A stretch of DNA of 63,826 nucleotides, counting the filler, from Welwitschia mirabilis (taxonomy: Eukaryota), in the NCBI GenBank assembly GCA_051453625.1. It is 9 parts of one record of this genome, joined end to end, with 100 filler letters (N's around TTAATTAATTAA, not from the genome) between each part and the next. Parts side by side here need not be neighbours in the genome. Positions count along the whole stretch, not along the records: positions 62,479 to 63,826 come from JBOZIK010000001.1; 8 more parts are not named here. The stretch is one strand, 5' to 3'. Position 1 is the first letter of the stretch. Each line of letters opens with the position of its first letter. This document shows, piece by piece, positions 63,000-63,826 of the stretch. Under the pieces are notes generated by a model. That model did not search any database. It was not told where the DNA came from and worked only from the letters and a program-made list of their open reading frames with translations. Both the position numbers and the translations under genes were made by a program.

Positions 63000-63826
63000 T
63001 GCATAAAATCAAATTGACCTCTACCCTGATCATCTTTTAGCATAATAAATTGATGCTCTTATTTTCTTAACAATCTTTCTTTTTTATGACCTCTCCTATC
63101 ACTTAACCTTATACTTATGAGCTAACACTCTAGTTTACCATCTTTTTTATGCTTTTAAAACATGATTTTATAGGATCTAGTCTATGGCTACATTAAATTC
63201 CCATACAAGGTCACATAGCTTTTAAAAGATTCATAAAAAATGAACACTGCATTTCTCCTCAAATTGATTTGGGACATTGCTCTGTAGGGTGACAATGCCT
63301 GGATAAAATGGGTTCATGAATACTACATCAAGGGGAATTCTTTTTGGCATTTGAAGATAAAAGTAAGTTACTCTTGGCCTTTCAAAAAACTTCTCTCTCT
63401 TAGGTAAGATGTTATTCGATGTGTTGATATAATGAATGATGTTTTATCATGGATTACACCTAGTAAACCTTTTTCTATGGATGCATCCTATGAGGCTTTT
63501 TCACAATAGCATGTTTATTTTTTACAATTCAAATTATGTAAGGGAAAATTCATAACCCAAAATATGGTTTCATCACTTAGCTCTCTATGCTACAAATATT
63601 TAATACAAGAAGCAGGATTATTAAATATGATCCAAGTATCTCTATATTATGTCCTTTATGTCAAATGGAGGAGGAAACCATTAATCATTTATTTTTTTAA
63701 TGTCTAATTTCATTTTATGTTCTTTCCAAGTCCCTGGACCTGTTACACCTGATCACTCCTTCATATAGATGGAGTGAAATACAAAAATGGCTCCTTCGCT
63801 CTCATGGAAGAAGCACTACTAAGAAT
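63000..63826 (+). mobile_element. L1-type LINE, ORF2 C-terminal region (5'-truncated, decayed)
   Basis: NTAFLLKLIWDIAL*GDNAWIKWVHEYYIKGNSFW...SWPFKKLLSLR, PKYGFIT*L, and the zf-RVT motif CPLCQMEEETINHLFF*C (63650-63703). Confidence 0.88.

Overview
This is AT-rich eukaryotic DNA, almost certainly from a land plant, taken from a gappy scaffold. It has many N runs and eight artificial TTAATTAATTAA linkers. I found no intact gene, RNA gene or CRISPR array. The window is a nested stack of decayed Ty3/gypsy LTR retrotransposons: at least four related Athila-type LTR families (my labels A-D; tRNA-Asp PBS, shared PPT) and one Tat/Ogre-type element with a second, archaeal-type RNase H. It also holds a 5'-truncated L1-type LINE and a ~2 kb island (31.9-34 kb) with decayed host-gene fragments: a GT47/exostosin glycosyltransferase and possibly a receptor-like kinase. 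All coding regions are broken by stops and frameshifts, dominated by C>T/G>A changes. The best candidate for something undescribed is a GC-rich, self-complementary ~155-nt module, preceded by a small hairpin, conserved in the 3' non-coding region of both the Athila families and the Tat/Ogre element. Other notable items are a probable Ogre-type intron, an atypical PBS, and an env/ATHILA-ORF-like frame lying antisense upstream of a gag start. All calls are by eye. Internal domain boundaries are approximate, while LTR, PBS and PPT termini were read directly.
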